From assembly GCA_051530055.1 (NCBI GenBank), contig CM121341.1, positions 6,426,784 through 6,490,783 on the forward strand: DNA of 64,000 nucleotides, given 5' to 3'. Positions 10,722 through 24,100 of the stretch are shown here, one piece after another (positions within the stretch are counted from its first letter, which is position 1; each line of letters opens with the position of its first letter). Position numbers and translations under genes: made by a program. Source of the stretch: Neoechinorhynchus agilis (Eukaryota > Animalia > Acanthocephala). The notes under the pieces are model-generated. The model was not told the origin of the DNA and searched no databases. It saw only the letters and a list, made by a program, of their open reading frames with translations.

Positions 10722-13700
10722 TTTGTCTAGAAACCTTTGGGGGAAACATCTCAACAAAATGGGGTTTTTTTAGCCCTTGGGGAGGATTATGATCATTGCA
10801 TCTTTGAGATAAAACTAAATCACACAGAGAAAATCGATCGGAACAATTGGAGATTCGTCGGGTTAGGAAATTGAGATGTTTCGAAAGAGGAAAAAGCCCT
10901 TTCGAGTAACCTTTTTCATTCCTTTCTTCCTTTTTTTGTTCTAAAATCCTCTTCTTTGGGGAAACATCTCAACAAAATTGGGTTTTTAGCCCTTGGTGAG
11001 GATTATGATCATTGCATCTTTGAGATAAAACCAAATCACCGATAGAAAATCGATCGGAACAATTGGAGATTCGTCGGGTTAAGAAATTGAGATGTTTCGA
11101 AAGAGGAAAAGCCTTTTCGAATAACCTTTTTCATTCCTTTCTTCTTTTTGTCTAGAAACTTTTCTTTTTGGGGAAACATCTCAACAAATTGGGTTTTTAG
11201 CCCTTGGTGAGGATTATGATCATTGCATCTTTGAGATAAAACCAAATCACCGATAGAAAATCGATCGGAACAGTTGGAGATTCGTCGGGTTAGGAAATTG
11301 AAATGTTTCAAAAGAGGAAAAAGCCTTTTCGAATAACCTTTTTCATTCCTTTCTTCTTTTTGTCTAGAAACTTTTCTTTTTGGGGAAATATCTCAACAAA
11401 ATGCCCCTCTGTGAGGATTACGATCATTGCATCTTTGAGATAAAACCAAATCACCGATAGAAAATCGATCGGAACAATTGGAGATTCGTCGGGTTAGGAA
11501 ATTGAGATGTTTCAAAAGAGGAAAAAGCCTTTTCGAATAACCTTTTTCATTCCTTTCTTCCTTTTTTTGTTCTAAAATCCTCTTCTTTGGGGAAACATCT
11601 CAACAAATTGGGTTTTTAGCCCTTGGTGAGGATTATGATCATTGCATCTTTGAGATAAAACCAAATCACACAGAGAAAATCGATCGGAACAGTTGGAGAT
11701 TCGTCGGGTTAGGAAATTGAGATGTTTCGAAAGAGGAAAAAGCCTTTTCGAATAACCTTTTTCATTCCTTTCTTCTTTTTGTCTAAAACTTTTCTTTTTG
11801 GGGAAACATCTCAACAAATTGGGTTTTTAGCCCTTGGGGAGGATTATGATCATTGCATCTTTGAGATAAAACCAAATCACCGATAGAAAATCGATCGGAA
11901 CACTTGGAGATTCGTCGGGTTAAGAAATTGAAATGTTTCGAAAGAGGAAAAAGCCTTTTCGAATAACCTTTTTCATTCCTTTCTTCTTTTTGTCTAGAAA
12001 CTTTTCTTTTTGGGGAAATATCTCAACAAAATGCCCCTCTGTGAGGATTACGATCATTGCATCTTTGAGATAAAACCAAATCACCGATAGAAAATCGATC
12101 GGAACAGTTGGAGATTCGTCGGGTTAGGAAATTGAAATGTTTCAAAAGAGGAAAAAGCCTTTTCGGAAAACCTTTTTCATTCCTTTCTTCTTTTTTTGTT
12201 CTAAAATCCTCTTCTTTTGGGGAAACATCTCAACAAAATGGGTTTTTAGCCCTTGGTGAGGATTATGATCATTGCATCTTTGAGATAAAACCAAATCACC
12301 GATAGAAAATCGATCGGAACAATTGGAGATTCGTCGGGTTAGGAAATTGAGATGTTTCGAAAGAGGAAAAAGCCTTTTCGAATAACCTTTTTCATTCCTT
12401 TCTTCTTTTTGTCTAGAAACTTTTCTTTTTGGGGAAACATCTCAACAAATTGGGTTTTTAGCCCTTGGTGAGGATTATGATCATTGCATCTTTGAGATAA
12501 AACCAAATCATACAGAGAAAATCGATCGGAACAGTTGGAGATTCGTCGGGTTAGGAAATTGAAATGTTTCAAAAGAGGAAAAAGCCTTTTCGAATAACCT
12601 TTTTCATTCCTTTCTTCTTTTTGTCTAGAAACTTTTCTTTTTGGGGAAATATCTCAACAAAATGCCCCTCTGTGAGGATTATGATCATTGCATCTTTGAG
12701 ATAAAACCAAATCATACAGAGAAAATCGATCGGAACAGTTGGAGATTCGTCGGGTTAGGAAATTGAAATGTTTCAAAAGAGAAAAGCCTTTTCGGAAAAC
12801 CTTTTTCATTCCTTTCTTCTTTTTTTGTTCTAAAATCCTCTTCTTTGGGGGAAACATCTCAACAAAATGGGGTTTTTAGCCCTTGGGGAGGATTATGATC
12901 ATTGCATCTTTGAGATAAAACTAAATCACACAGAGAAAATCGATCGGAACAATTGGAGATTCGTCGGGTTAGGAAATTGAGATGTTTCGAAAGAGGAAAA
13001 AGCCTTTTCGGAAAACCTTTTTCATTCCTTTCTTCCTTTTTTTGTTCTAAAATCCCCTTCTTTTTGGAAACATCTCAACAAAATGGGGTTTTTTCGCCCT
13101 CGGCGAGGATTATGATCATTGCATCTTTGAGATAAAACCAAATCACCGTTAGAAAATCGATCGGAACAATTGGAGATTCGTCGGGTTAAGAAATTGAGAT
13201 GTTTCGAAAGAGGAAAAAGCCTTTTCGAATAACCTTTTTCATTCCTTTCTTCTTTTTGTCTAGAAACTTTTCTTTTTGGGGAAATATCTCAACAAAATGC
13301 CCCTCTGTGAGGATTACGATCATTGCATCTTTGAGATAAAACCAAATCATACAGAGAAAATCGATCGGAACAATTGGAGATTCGTCGGGTTAAGAAATTA
13401 AGATGTTTCGAAAGAGGAAAAAGCCTTTTCGGAAAACCTTTTTCATTCCTTTCTTCTTTTTTTTGTTCTAAAATCCTCTTCTTTTGGGGAAACATCTCAA
13501 CAAATTGGGTTTTTAGCCCTTGGTGAGGATTGTGATCATTGCATCTTTAGATAAAACCAAATCACCGATAGAAAAACGATCGGAACAATTGGAGATTCGT
13601 CGAGTTAGGAAATTGAGATGTTTCAAAAGAGGAAAAAGCCTTTTCGAATAACCTTTTTCATTCCTTTCTTCTTTTTGTCTAGAAACTTTTCTTTTTGAGG

Positions 13701-14490
13701 AAATATCTCAACAAAATGCCCCTCTGTGAGGATTACGATCATTGCATCTTTGAGATGAAACCAAATCACCGATAGAAAATCGATCGGAACAGTTGGAGAT
13801 TCGTCGGGTTAGGAAATTGAAATGTTTCAAAAGAGGAAAAAGCCTTTTCGGATAACCTTTTTCATTCCTTTCTTCTTTTTGTCTAGAAACTTTTCTTTTT
13901 GGGGAAGTATCTCAACAAAATGCCCCTCTGTGAGGATTACGATCATTGCATCTTTGAGATAAAACAAAATCACCGTTAGAAAATCGATCGGAACAATTGG
14001 AGATTCGTCGGGTTAAGAAATTGAGATGTTTCGAAAGAGGAAAAAGCCTTTTCGAATAACCTTTTTCATTCCTTTCTTCTTTTTGTCTAGAAACTTTTCT
14101 TTTTGGGGAAACATCTCAACAAATTGGGTTTTTTTTAGACCTTGGTGAGGATTATGATCATTGCATCTTTGAGATAAAACCAAATCACGGATAGAAAAAC
14201 GATCGGAAAAATTGGAGATTCGTCGGGTTAAGAAATTGAAATGTTTCAAAAGAGGAAAAAGCCTTTTCGAATAACCTTTTTCATTCCTTTCTTTTTTTGT
14301 CCAGAAACTTTTCTTTTTGGGGAAATATCTCAACAAAATGCCCCTCTGTGAGGATTATGATCATTGCATCTTTGAGATAAAACCAAATCACCGTTAGAAA
14401 ATCGATCGGAACAATTGGAGATTCGTCGGGTTAAGAAATTGAGATGTTTCGAAAGAGGATAGAGCCTTTTCGAAAAACCTTTTTCATTCC
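10722..14490. repeat. Tandem satellite, ~205-218-bp unit, ~18 copies, two interspersed variants
   Basis: Core GATCATTGCATCTTTGAGATAAAAC...AATCGATCGGAAC...GGAGATTCGTCGGGTT repeats throughout; variants carry TTGGGTTTTTAGCCCTTGG or ATGCCCCTCTG. Confidence 0.95.
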
Positions 14491-15089
14491 ATCAAGATCC
14501 TGAAGTTAAGGGGATATCCCAACTCCTTTTACGATCAGAAAGACTGCGTAGCAATGGGTTCTCCTTTAGCTCCAGTAATAGTCGATATATACATGCAAAA
14601 CTGGGAACGCGAATTCTTCAACGATCAAAAGATGGCGTCGTTATGTGGACGGCGTATTCATCATTACTGAACAAGGAGTCGACGAGGGTGTATTGGAAAC
14701 TTTGATGAACGCAGAGGATGAGCGGATTCAATTGACTATCACTAAGGAAAGTATTGACGGTACGGTATCCTTCCTCGATGTCCTTGTGAATCGACATCAC
14801 GATGGAATGGTGACTTCGAGTCTTTATCGAAAACCCAAGGTACCATGGGGAATGGACAAGTCATCTACCTACGGAGGGCAAGATAAAGATGGCACGTTCA
14901 TATTTCCGTAGATCCCTGAACATTTGTTCGTCCAACTCCATTTTATCCAATGAAAGGAATAACATCATCAATGTCCTGCGGTTAAGGGGATATCCTAAAT
15001 GGGCTATTGATATGGCCAGGAAACGTACCGGGCGACGACCCGGGCCCTCCTCTGATTCCTTTTCAGACAACCGAAGAAAAACTTCCTGA
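14491..15089 (+). mobile_element. Penelope-like element reverse transcriptase remnant
   Basis: AMGSPLAPVIVDIYM, YVDGVFII (YVDD mutated), SFLDVLV, LYRKP, LRLRGYP; frameshifted. Confidence 0.8.
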
Positions 15090-18000
15090 CGAAGACGCAA
15101 GGCGTCGAAAATTTGAAGCAATAAACAAATAAAACACCCATTTTCCGTTCGATAATAAATCTGGAATTAATCATTAGACTGCCGTCGCTGATCGTTAAAT
15201 TCGTAAGTACGACAAAAAAAGAACATTTATAAACGTTTTCTCAATATTGAACAATTTAAGAAGCGAGAACCTCGTTTTAGTATGATTCTTTTTGAAAGCG
15301 TTTGTATTCTAAGTTATTTAAAAAATTCTATTAGAAACTTGGTAGTTGGAAATATAAACGCTCATTTGTGGGTATGAGAATTCCTTCAAAAAACGATCTT
15401 CATAGTTGTCCAATTATTAGCGGAGAACGAATAAAACAAAGTCATCGGCTCGAAACACGAGGACTTGTGGGGGAAATGCATGAAGAAAGTAGTAAATAAT
15501 GTGTCCCACAATAACAAAGATAAAACGAAGATAAGAGAGATCGAGGCTAAAACTCCGTGTATTTTGAAATATGAAAAAATAATACATTTCCGGTCATAAA
15601 AGGTTGGAGGAAATTTTAGATGGAAAGGTAAAATCGAAGTGATTTTATGGAATTATAGCATCAAAAAAGTTATATCCTTTCAACAGTATTTTGGACGATT
15701 TAAGAATTAGTAGCTAATTAATGATCATCGATCGATCGATGCCACGTACAGTAAATTCAGCACTTTCAGGCGATCGTGATGCGATCGAAAGATCATTTTA
15801 TAAAATGCATAAAGCGAGAGTTCGATAAAAAAATTGATATTTTCCGCTGTTGAGGATCGCGAAATTAAAAAAATTCAGGAATTTAGGTAGAAATCATTAT
15901 TTCGTTCGTTTTGAAGTTGAGGTGCTCGGATCGTTTAGTTTTGCGAAGTAGAAAGTGGCCAATTAATGGAACAAGGGACGATCTGAGGACAGGAGCATTC
16001 CTCCTGCAACGAAGAGAGAACGACAACTGAGTGATCCCGAGCAGTGGCGCAAATGTTTTTAAATATTTTGGATTGAGCAGTTAAATGTGAACTTTTAAAA
16101 GGTAAAAGAAAACGAAAAAATACGAGTACTTGCGCTAAAAATAACTTGATAAATGGATTTGAACTTTACAAAACGATTGTTCACGAGTTCGAGAGAACAC
16201 ACCGAGACGAATCACGGAGGTCCGAGACGAATCACGGACGGTCCGAGAGCAGGAGCATTGATCGTCGAGTTTCTTATACGTTTTTTCTTTCAATTCTATT
16301 TGTTTATTTCTTTTTTTTAATTCCCCCAAAAAAAGGTCTATCTGAGAAATCAAGAGTGACTGAAGGATTCCGTGAAAACTAAAATAAATTGAATGTTTTC
16401 ATCACAAAACGACAAAAGGCTTCGGCACTCTTTTCAAAACGCCCATGCTTTTGTCCCGCAATTAGTCACTCACGCCCACTTTTTAAAATTTAGGAGCCTT
16501 ATAGAAACTCTCAAAGGTTCCTTTTTCGTCGAATATATGTTTCAATACTCGAAAAGCCTTTATTCCACCGAATGGAGAAAGTCTTTAAGATAACATCTAT
16601 TTAAAAAAGGAAGTATATTTCAGTTGTGATTATGTCGTTTGCACGCTTTGTGTTGAGTACTTTCTTTAAATGTCGATCCAAATTGTTAGGAGCATTTGTT
16701 TAACCTGTAATCTCTGCACTGTCAACTCTCTTTTAGCAGGAATTTGGGCTTTTTAAAACATTTTCGCCCACTAATCTATATATTAGTCGAATGTGGACGA
16801 TTAAAACATTTTTATAGAACTTAAACACGTTCATTGGGCTATCTAAAGTATCTGATATTTTCTATCGAAAAGAGTAATTCCTAATGGATGAAAATAAATA
16901 TTCAATAAGAAAATGAAGATTCCCTCTTAAAGATAAACTATAAATTTAGTTCGTTTATAATTCTTTTTTTTGAAAATGTCAGTCGTAGAATGCCGAGGCG
17001 ATGAAATGCTTACAGATGAGCAATTTTTAGAGACTAAGAATTTTTCACAAAGGAAAGGACTTAGTCACTTCTCCTTTCTTTACAAACTTAAATTAAAAGC
17101 AAAGTTTTCTCAGAATCGATTTTTTTCTCGGCCGATATTGCGCGTATAATCAACAAATTCGAGAACGTTTCCAAAAAGTAATTCCATTTCGCGCGTCCTT
17201 TACAGATACTTATTATGATGGCACTGAGAATCTCTTAGGCTTGGTCAAAACCTAATACAACCGCTTCTCGAAACCCTTGAAACGCTATCGGGTTTCAGAG
17301 TTTCCCTTTTCAGCTTTATGATTCATAAGAAGAAAAACGGGCGAAAATCGACGAGTCGTCAGGGACTTGCTATTCACACTGAATTTACCCAGTTACGAGA
17401 TTGCGTTCCAGCAGAAGACACGCCTCGTGGCGATCCTTCTTTGTTCGATCTGTGTACAAACATCCTCAGACTGGTCATTATCCGTTTTTCAAATGAATCT
17501 ATAACGCACAACTGTCAGCTTGAGAAAGTCCTGATGTGGTATAGAATACCGCAGTTGCCTTCTGAGAGTCTAACAACTCTGCACTCCCATAAATGGAGAA
17601 GGAGCTCGAGTTTCATAGTTCGGATCTTTTCACTCCCATCGCGTATTTCACTCCGTCTACGCTCGTCGAAATCTCGAAGGATTTCTTTAAGCAAATCAAA
17701 ATACCCCCGATATCGATACCAAACAATGCTGTGAATTCCTTTTGTCGATTTCTACGTATTGATTTGAAAATGCATCATTAAGGTGCAATGTGATTCCTTA
17801 AACCTTTTGTTTTATGTGAGCAATGGAAAGATCAATCCAATGTGGCGCGACTAAGCTGCGACCGGGAACCTTTATTAAATGCACGCCGAAGAATACGGGT
17901 ATTGTTGGCGTTTTCCAGTATTTGAAATTTTAAAATCGGAATTGAGAAAAGCGTATTCATCAAAGTACGACTAAAAAGTAGGTTTTACGATCGTTCTTGG

Positions 18001-18766
18001 AAGCTGAAACTTTTGATGTTTTCAGTATTTCCTCATCCTCGTTCATTTAGATAACTCGCTTTGTTCATGTTTTGTTGATAAAATCGTTTTCAACTGATTT
18101 TTGACGGTAAACAGAAACTATATTGTGCGTAATTCGCCGTCGTCTTTTGGGATCCGTATTTTACGGCTTTCGTCGTTGTTTGATAGAACGTTGAACCATC
18201 CATCCCCGTACTCTGAATGCTCGTCGCAATTTCTTTGCCGAAATGCCCGTTTTTCTTACAAGACTAACAATGTATTTTCGCGGCTAAGAGATATTGAGCA
18301 AATGTAAGCATTCTATTAGCTCCTATCTCTGCCACTCCCATAATAGTGTTTACCTCTCATTTAGACCGTTTAAACTAGTCCATTTATTAGATTAGTTGCT
18401 GCTTGTGACATTGAGAAACATCCTCTTCACCTGTCTCAACAATGGCGGCATTGTTCTTCTTAAGAGCCACAAATGGCATCGTTTTTAGGACCTTTTTTGT
18501 GTCCAACTTCCTTTTTTAACACCCGCATTATTATCCCTTTCACACACACAATGGCGTTCTCATCCACACTTTTCTGTGCTATGCGATATTGAGGAGGATG
18601 CTCATGGCGCATATCATCTTCCCAACTTCTAAGACAATATATTCCAAGAGAAATCTGCTGGCATAAATCCATCCTCATGCACCGCGAAGCCGTCTCTAAT
18701 CTTCAAGGCCACAAGGTTCGTATACGGCTTTTATCGAAACTTGGACGTTTGTAAAATAATCTTTAG

Positions 18767-19477
18767 ATGAACGGGATTTATCTGAATGGCCACACAAAAA
18801 GTACTGCTTTCGGCTCAATCAGCGAAGAATTAGAGACTTATCAACGAGCAATACAAAATCTACTCGAAATGCCCACCGAGTTATTCGAGGTACGTCCCAA
18901 ATTAGCACACTAAACGATTTAAAACGCTTTTTGTAGACAATGAAAAAGAAAAATAGACAAGAGGCAATCAATCAAATCGTTGGATTTGCGAAACGAAACG
19001 TCATTGAAGATAAACAATGGTGAGACACTCAAACCAAATTGAACCTATAATTATATTCGCTTCTTATAGGGCATCTTCAAACCAACACGACGCTTTGAAA
19101 TCCTTTCGCCATCAAATTCTCGATATCAGTGATTCCATCATCAATAACCATGTGTCCAAAAGCAATAATTGGAGCTACAAAATCGGATTTTGTTGTCATA
19201 ACTGCGACTTTTCTTGGTATGTTTCCTTAAAGAGCTATATTTTTTAACAAAGAAATCCTACAGGGAGGTTCAGCACGTAATAAACGATCTATTGAAGTCT
19301 CTAACCGATCCATATCGGTTTTTGGACAGCTGTGAGATGAAATCGCCTCCGTCTTGTCAATGCCCATCGACCGAGCTTTTCGGCAATGCGGACGTTCAAA
19401 TGCGTATAGATACTGCACTTACCGGATCAGTTTTGTGTGATCAAAAGGCAATCGATAATAAGTGTTCGTGGCAGTGA
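18767..19477 (+). CDS. Hypothetical protein, 4 exons (18767-18889, 18937-19019, 19070-19216, 19264-19477), Cys-rich C-terminal half; may extend upstream
   Basis: Three 47-50 nt GT-AG introns join the exons in frame with no stop. Confidence 0.6.
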
Positions 19478-20051
19478 ATGCTAGAAATTTCACAATGGAA
19501 CATCGTTGTCATTAGAGGAAAAAGTAGATGATGTGTGCATGCAATTGTCTTTTTTGTTGAAGTGTTAACTGATCACAATTGTACAAACTAAATCGATAAT
19601 AATAATACTTGAATTAAACGGTGGTTCTTAGAATTAGCCACCTTGCAAATGCGCTTATCTCATTTCTTGACATTAGTGACAAGATCGGTGAAAGATGCAA
19701 GAGATTACTTTTTGGTGGAATAATTATCCTGGATGATTATGCCTTTGGAACCATAGAACCTCCATAAGAGATATTCATCAGGTGCGTGCATTGTGTGACT
19801 TTTGTTGGTAGAGAATGTTGATCTCTCAGATGTCAATGTGGATTTCTTTAAAGAAAATGCCACAATAAAATTCAACTGATTGATCGTAGAAAAAAAAGCG
19901 AACAGTTCGTGAACTGAAACACCAAAAAAAGGATTGGACGAATGCTGTGAGTTTTGGTTATCTACCTGGAATGTCACATTTCATCTCCCTGTCAGTGTCC
20001 CCTAAAGTCTCCATCAAATCACGAAATATTTATTAAACGTAAACAACTCTT

Positions 20052-20192
20052 TCATCTAATGAGAGCTCCGGGCGACTTGCTGCAATAACAGGTCATATGA
20101 TCGGGGATTCTGGCTAGAATCGCATCTGAGTGGTTGCCACATCCGGACCAAGTGAATTTCCGACAAACCAAACAAACTACTTGGTAGCACAT
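20052..20192 (-). CDS. 46-aa Cys/His-rich microprotein MCYQVVCLVCRKFTWSGCGNHSDAILARIPDHMTCYCSKSPGALIR
   Basis: ATG 20192, TGA 20054-20052; pattern MC-x4-C-x2-C-x3-TWxGCGxH...CxC matches my recollection of a conserved uncharacterised small-protein family. Confidence 0.7.
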   Translation of the reverse strand: MCYQVVCLVCRKFTWSGCGNHSDAILARIPDHMTCYCSKSPGALIR

Positions 20193-20789
20193 ATGAAACA
20201 GAAAGTGAAGGTTGATGGGATCTCGAACGATGAAGGACTACCAAAGTACAAGCTAACATCTTAAATGGAACATAGTTGTCATAGCTACTCTTGTGAAGTA
20301 CAGCAATTCGCCCATTTCTGATTCCAACGGACTCTTTTCGATGCTAAAAGACACTGTTTTAATCGTATTTCTGTTTATGACAATTCCGATTTAAGATCTA
20401 TAGCGTCCTTATACCACCACAGATGAAAATCCGGGATTAATCACTCGACTTGTTACATATATTTACACGTTCATGACAGTCGTTATGAATACTGAAGGGA
20501 AAAATCGTGGGCTCGAAAAAACGCTATTTAGTCTCATCCGAAATAATGTAGAAAATTTGAGTTAAGAAGATGAAGTTTGCAAAGATCGAAAATTCCGCTT
20601 TTGACAAATGACAGCTATTTAACGTTCTACGAATTTTTGGGTTCGTTAATTATTTACATTAGACGACTTGAGATGTGAAGGCACATTCATGTGCTCAATT
20701 CAATTTAGTGCCAAGATTTTTCAGTTGGGAAATCGGGCATTCGGTTCGATGCGTTTGTATGTGCGATTATTCGCTACGTTTTTAATGTT

Positions 20790-21449
20790 TCATGAACAAT
20801 TTTTAAAGGAACGAAGAGAACTTGTTGATGAGAAGTTATCCATTTTCCCTTTATGAGAGAGAGGCCATTAGTTCTTTGTTAGGAGAATCGAGTTTATCTT
20901 ATCGAGAATCCTGGAGTGTTTATTAGAGCTGCACCTCGAGGACGCTTGGAAGTGAAAGTCGAAATTTTATCAATGAACAATGTTTAAGGGAACGAAGAGA
21001 ACTTGATGAGAAGTTATCCATTTTCCCTTTATGAGAGAGAGCCATTAGTTCTTTGTTAGGAGAACAACATCGAGAATCCTGGAGTGTTTATTAGAGCTGC
21101 ACCTCGAGGAGCGCTTGGAAGTGAAAGTCGAAATTTTATCAATGAACAATGTTTAAAGGAACGAAGAGAACTTGATGAGAAGTTATCCATTTTCCCTTTA
21201 TGAGAGAGAGGCCATTAGTTCTTTGTTAGGAGAATCGAGTTTATCTTATCGAGAATCCTGGAGTGTTTATTAGAGCTGCACCTCGAGGAGCGCTTGGAAG
21301 TGAAAGTCGAAATTTTATCAATGAACAATGTTTAAAGGAACGAAGAGAACTTGATGAGAAGTTATTCATTTTCCCTTTATGAGAGAGAGGCCATTAGTTC
21401 TTTGTTAGGAGAATCGAGAATCCTGGAGTGTTTATTAGAGCTGCACCTC
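20790..21449. repeat. Tandem repeat, ~170-180-bp unit, ~3.7 copies
   Basis: GGAACGAAGAGAACTTG...GAGAATCCTGGAGTGTTTATTAGAGCTGCACCTCG recurs at about 20808, 20989, 21158, 21337. Confidence 0.95.
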
Positions 21450-21589
21450 GGGGAAGGCTTTCTTTACACACCCAAGAGAAATGTTTTTACACGGTTACTA
21501 CAGTAACCTTATAGACTTTCACACAAAACGCCTTTGCAATTATTGTCTTTTCGTCGATTCTGAGCATAAATCTTCATCATAAAAAGGAT

Positions 21590-23596
21590 ATGACCACAAC
21601 AATGCACCAATTACGGCGAAGACGGGCATTTTTGAATGAACTATCGAAATTCGTTGGTTGTACTGTATGGTTGACTGGATTGCCTTCCTCTGGTAAAACA
21701 ACCCTGAGTAAGGCCGTAGAGAACGTAATGTTGAAAGACGGGGTTCCGTGCTATGTGCTCGATGGAGACGAAGTTCGTAAAGGTCTTAACTCCGATCTTG
21801 ACTTCACCGAGGAAGGAAGGCACGAAAACATTAGACGGTTCGCTCATGTTGCTCGTCTTATGGCGGACAGTGGTCAAGTTTGCATCGTTTCCGCAATTGC
21901 TCCGTATGAAGTACATTGACCCTTTATTTCCATTTATCTAAGAAATAGAAGGTCATGATAGATCGCGTCCGAGCTAAAGAAATTCACGCCGAGTGGGAAA
22001 TACCTTTTATAGAAGTGTTCGTAGATTGTCCCTTGTCCGTTTGCACTCAAAGGGACGTAAAGGGCTTATATGCTTGGGCGAGAAAAGACAGCAATATCAA
22101 ATTAACTGGTTTATCCGCACCGTACGAAAAGCCACAAAACCCAGACATTACAATAGACACCGATAAAATGGATTTGGATTCGTGCGTTCACCGGATTGTT
22201 GAGAATCTTTATGTCAAGATTGGAATCAAAAGTGAGAATTTTACTTCGACGAGTGGCACATCAGAGGACCTAGTGATTGATGCTGTTGACCTGCAATGGA
22301 TGCAGGTACTCGTAGAAGGATGGGCGGCGCCTTTAAATACATTTATGGACGAAAATGATTATCTGCAATCTTTGCATTTTAGATCGATTGAACGAAATGG
22401 AAAGCGGTACTCACAGAGCATCCCAATAATATTGGCGATTGATGATTTCGACAAGCAAAGATTGCTTTATGCACAAAAAATTAATCTTATTTACAATGGA
22501 AAAATACGAGGAATCCTTGAAAAGCCTACATTTTAAAGCGATAGTTGGTAATAGGGTTCATATTGATGGCTTTGAACAAAAGTGAAGGAATTAGCTCTTT
22601 TTCGCTTATAAGATTTTTCATCATTTATCCAGCGCTCATGCAACATTTTATCCATTTAAATGTCGGTCAGTTTTGAACCGAATTTTATGTAATTTTAGCT
22701 TTTAAATTTTTCCTTACAAATCGAACCGACTTTCGCTGTACCCATTTCGAAAGGTAGAATTTTGTGCGAAGGTGTTCGGGATTACTGATCGATCACATCC
22801 ATCGATTTGTCGTATAATGAATAAGGGCAGTTGGTTAGTTGGTGGCGGTAAACTGACTATATCCGAAGACAAAATAAAATGGAACGATGAATTGGACACA
22901 TATCGCCTTACGGCCGAACAAATAAAAATGGAGTATCGGAAGCGAGAAGCCGATTGTATGTATGCATTTCAACTAAGAAATCCTCTTCACAACGGCCATG
23001 TTTTATTGATTAAAGAAACCTATCGAAAGCTCAGGAATGACGGATTCAAGAAACCTGTATTACTTTTGCACCCGATAGGAGGATGGACCAAAAGCGACGA
23101 TATTCCGCTTTGTACTCGACTAGAGCAACACAAGCCCGTTCTGAAGGAGTTGCGGAGCGAAGGCATCGAATCCATTTTGTCCATATTTCCATCTCCTATG
23201 CTGTATGCAGGACCAGTTGAAGTTCAATGGCATGCCAGCGCAAGGCTTAATGCTGGGGTTACTCATTATATAGTAGGAAGGGATCCAGCCGGCATGTGCC
23301 ATCCACGGACCAATACGGACCTTTATGAGTCATCCCACGGATCTAAGCTATTGATGGTTACGCCTTATCTCGGATCATTAAAGATCATTTCCTTTCGAGT
23401 GGCGGCATTCAATCTCCTTACAAGAAAAATGGAACTTTATGACAAAAACAAACATGATCACTATCAATTTATATCGGGCACAAAAATGCGTCAAATGGCG
23501 AAAAGTGGACTAGAACCTCCTATCGGATTCATGAATCAAGAAGCATGGAAAATCCTTCGAGACTTTTATGTTCGTCAGTCATTTAAAGAAAGCTAA
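21590..23596 (+). CDS. PAPSS: Bifunctional PAPS synthase (N-terminal APS kinase, C-terminal ATP sulfurylase), interrupted by a 205-nt insertion
   Basis: WLTGLPSSGKTT P-loop, LDGDEVRKGLN, RDVKGLY, EGWAAPL, FQLRNPLHNGH, HPIGGWTK, IVGRDPAG, ISGTKMR; animal domain order. Confidence 0.95.
22536..22738. mobile_element. 203-bp Tc1/mariner-type MITE-like insertion with TA duplication in a PAPSS exon
   Basis: TA at 22534-35 and 22739-40; ends AAGCGATAGTTGG versus reverse complement CAGCGAAAGTCGG (10/13); removing element plus one TA gives ...EKPTFYPFRKVEFCAKVFG... Confidence 0.75.
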
Positions 23597-24100
23597 AGTT
23601 GAACTTTTTAAAAATATCTTGCGAAACGCTAATCTTTTCACGAAACTAAACTCACTAATAACATCCACAAAAGACTTGAACTAATCTTTGAACATTGATG
23701 CATGACTTGTGATGAAGATAATCACCCAGTTAAAATTCATTTTATTGTTCTGAAATATTTCGCGAGTTTCACCAAAAGTCAAAATTTACCATCCCGATGC
23801 ATTTTCTCGATATGATTGATGAAATTGTTAGGTCCAAAAAGAGTCCAAAGTCATGCCTTTTAGACATGTTGCCATTCGTCCAGATGATCGACGTTCCATG
23901 ATTCGAGAAAGCTAAATGCAGTGTTGGCATATATTCGCCTTCAATAATTCAAGAGTATTTTGTGCACATCGATAAAGAGAACTTAGATATATTGTTTATA
24001 TTTTCCAATATTGGCAAAGCGCTTAAAGACACCAGAAAAAATCATACAAAACTTTCAATTGAATATTGTTTCACAAAAGAGCTAGGCAAAATTAACGTAA

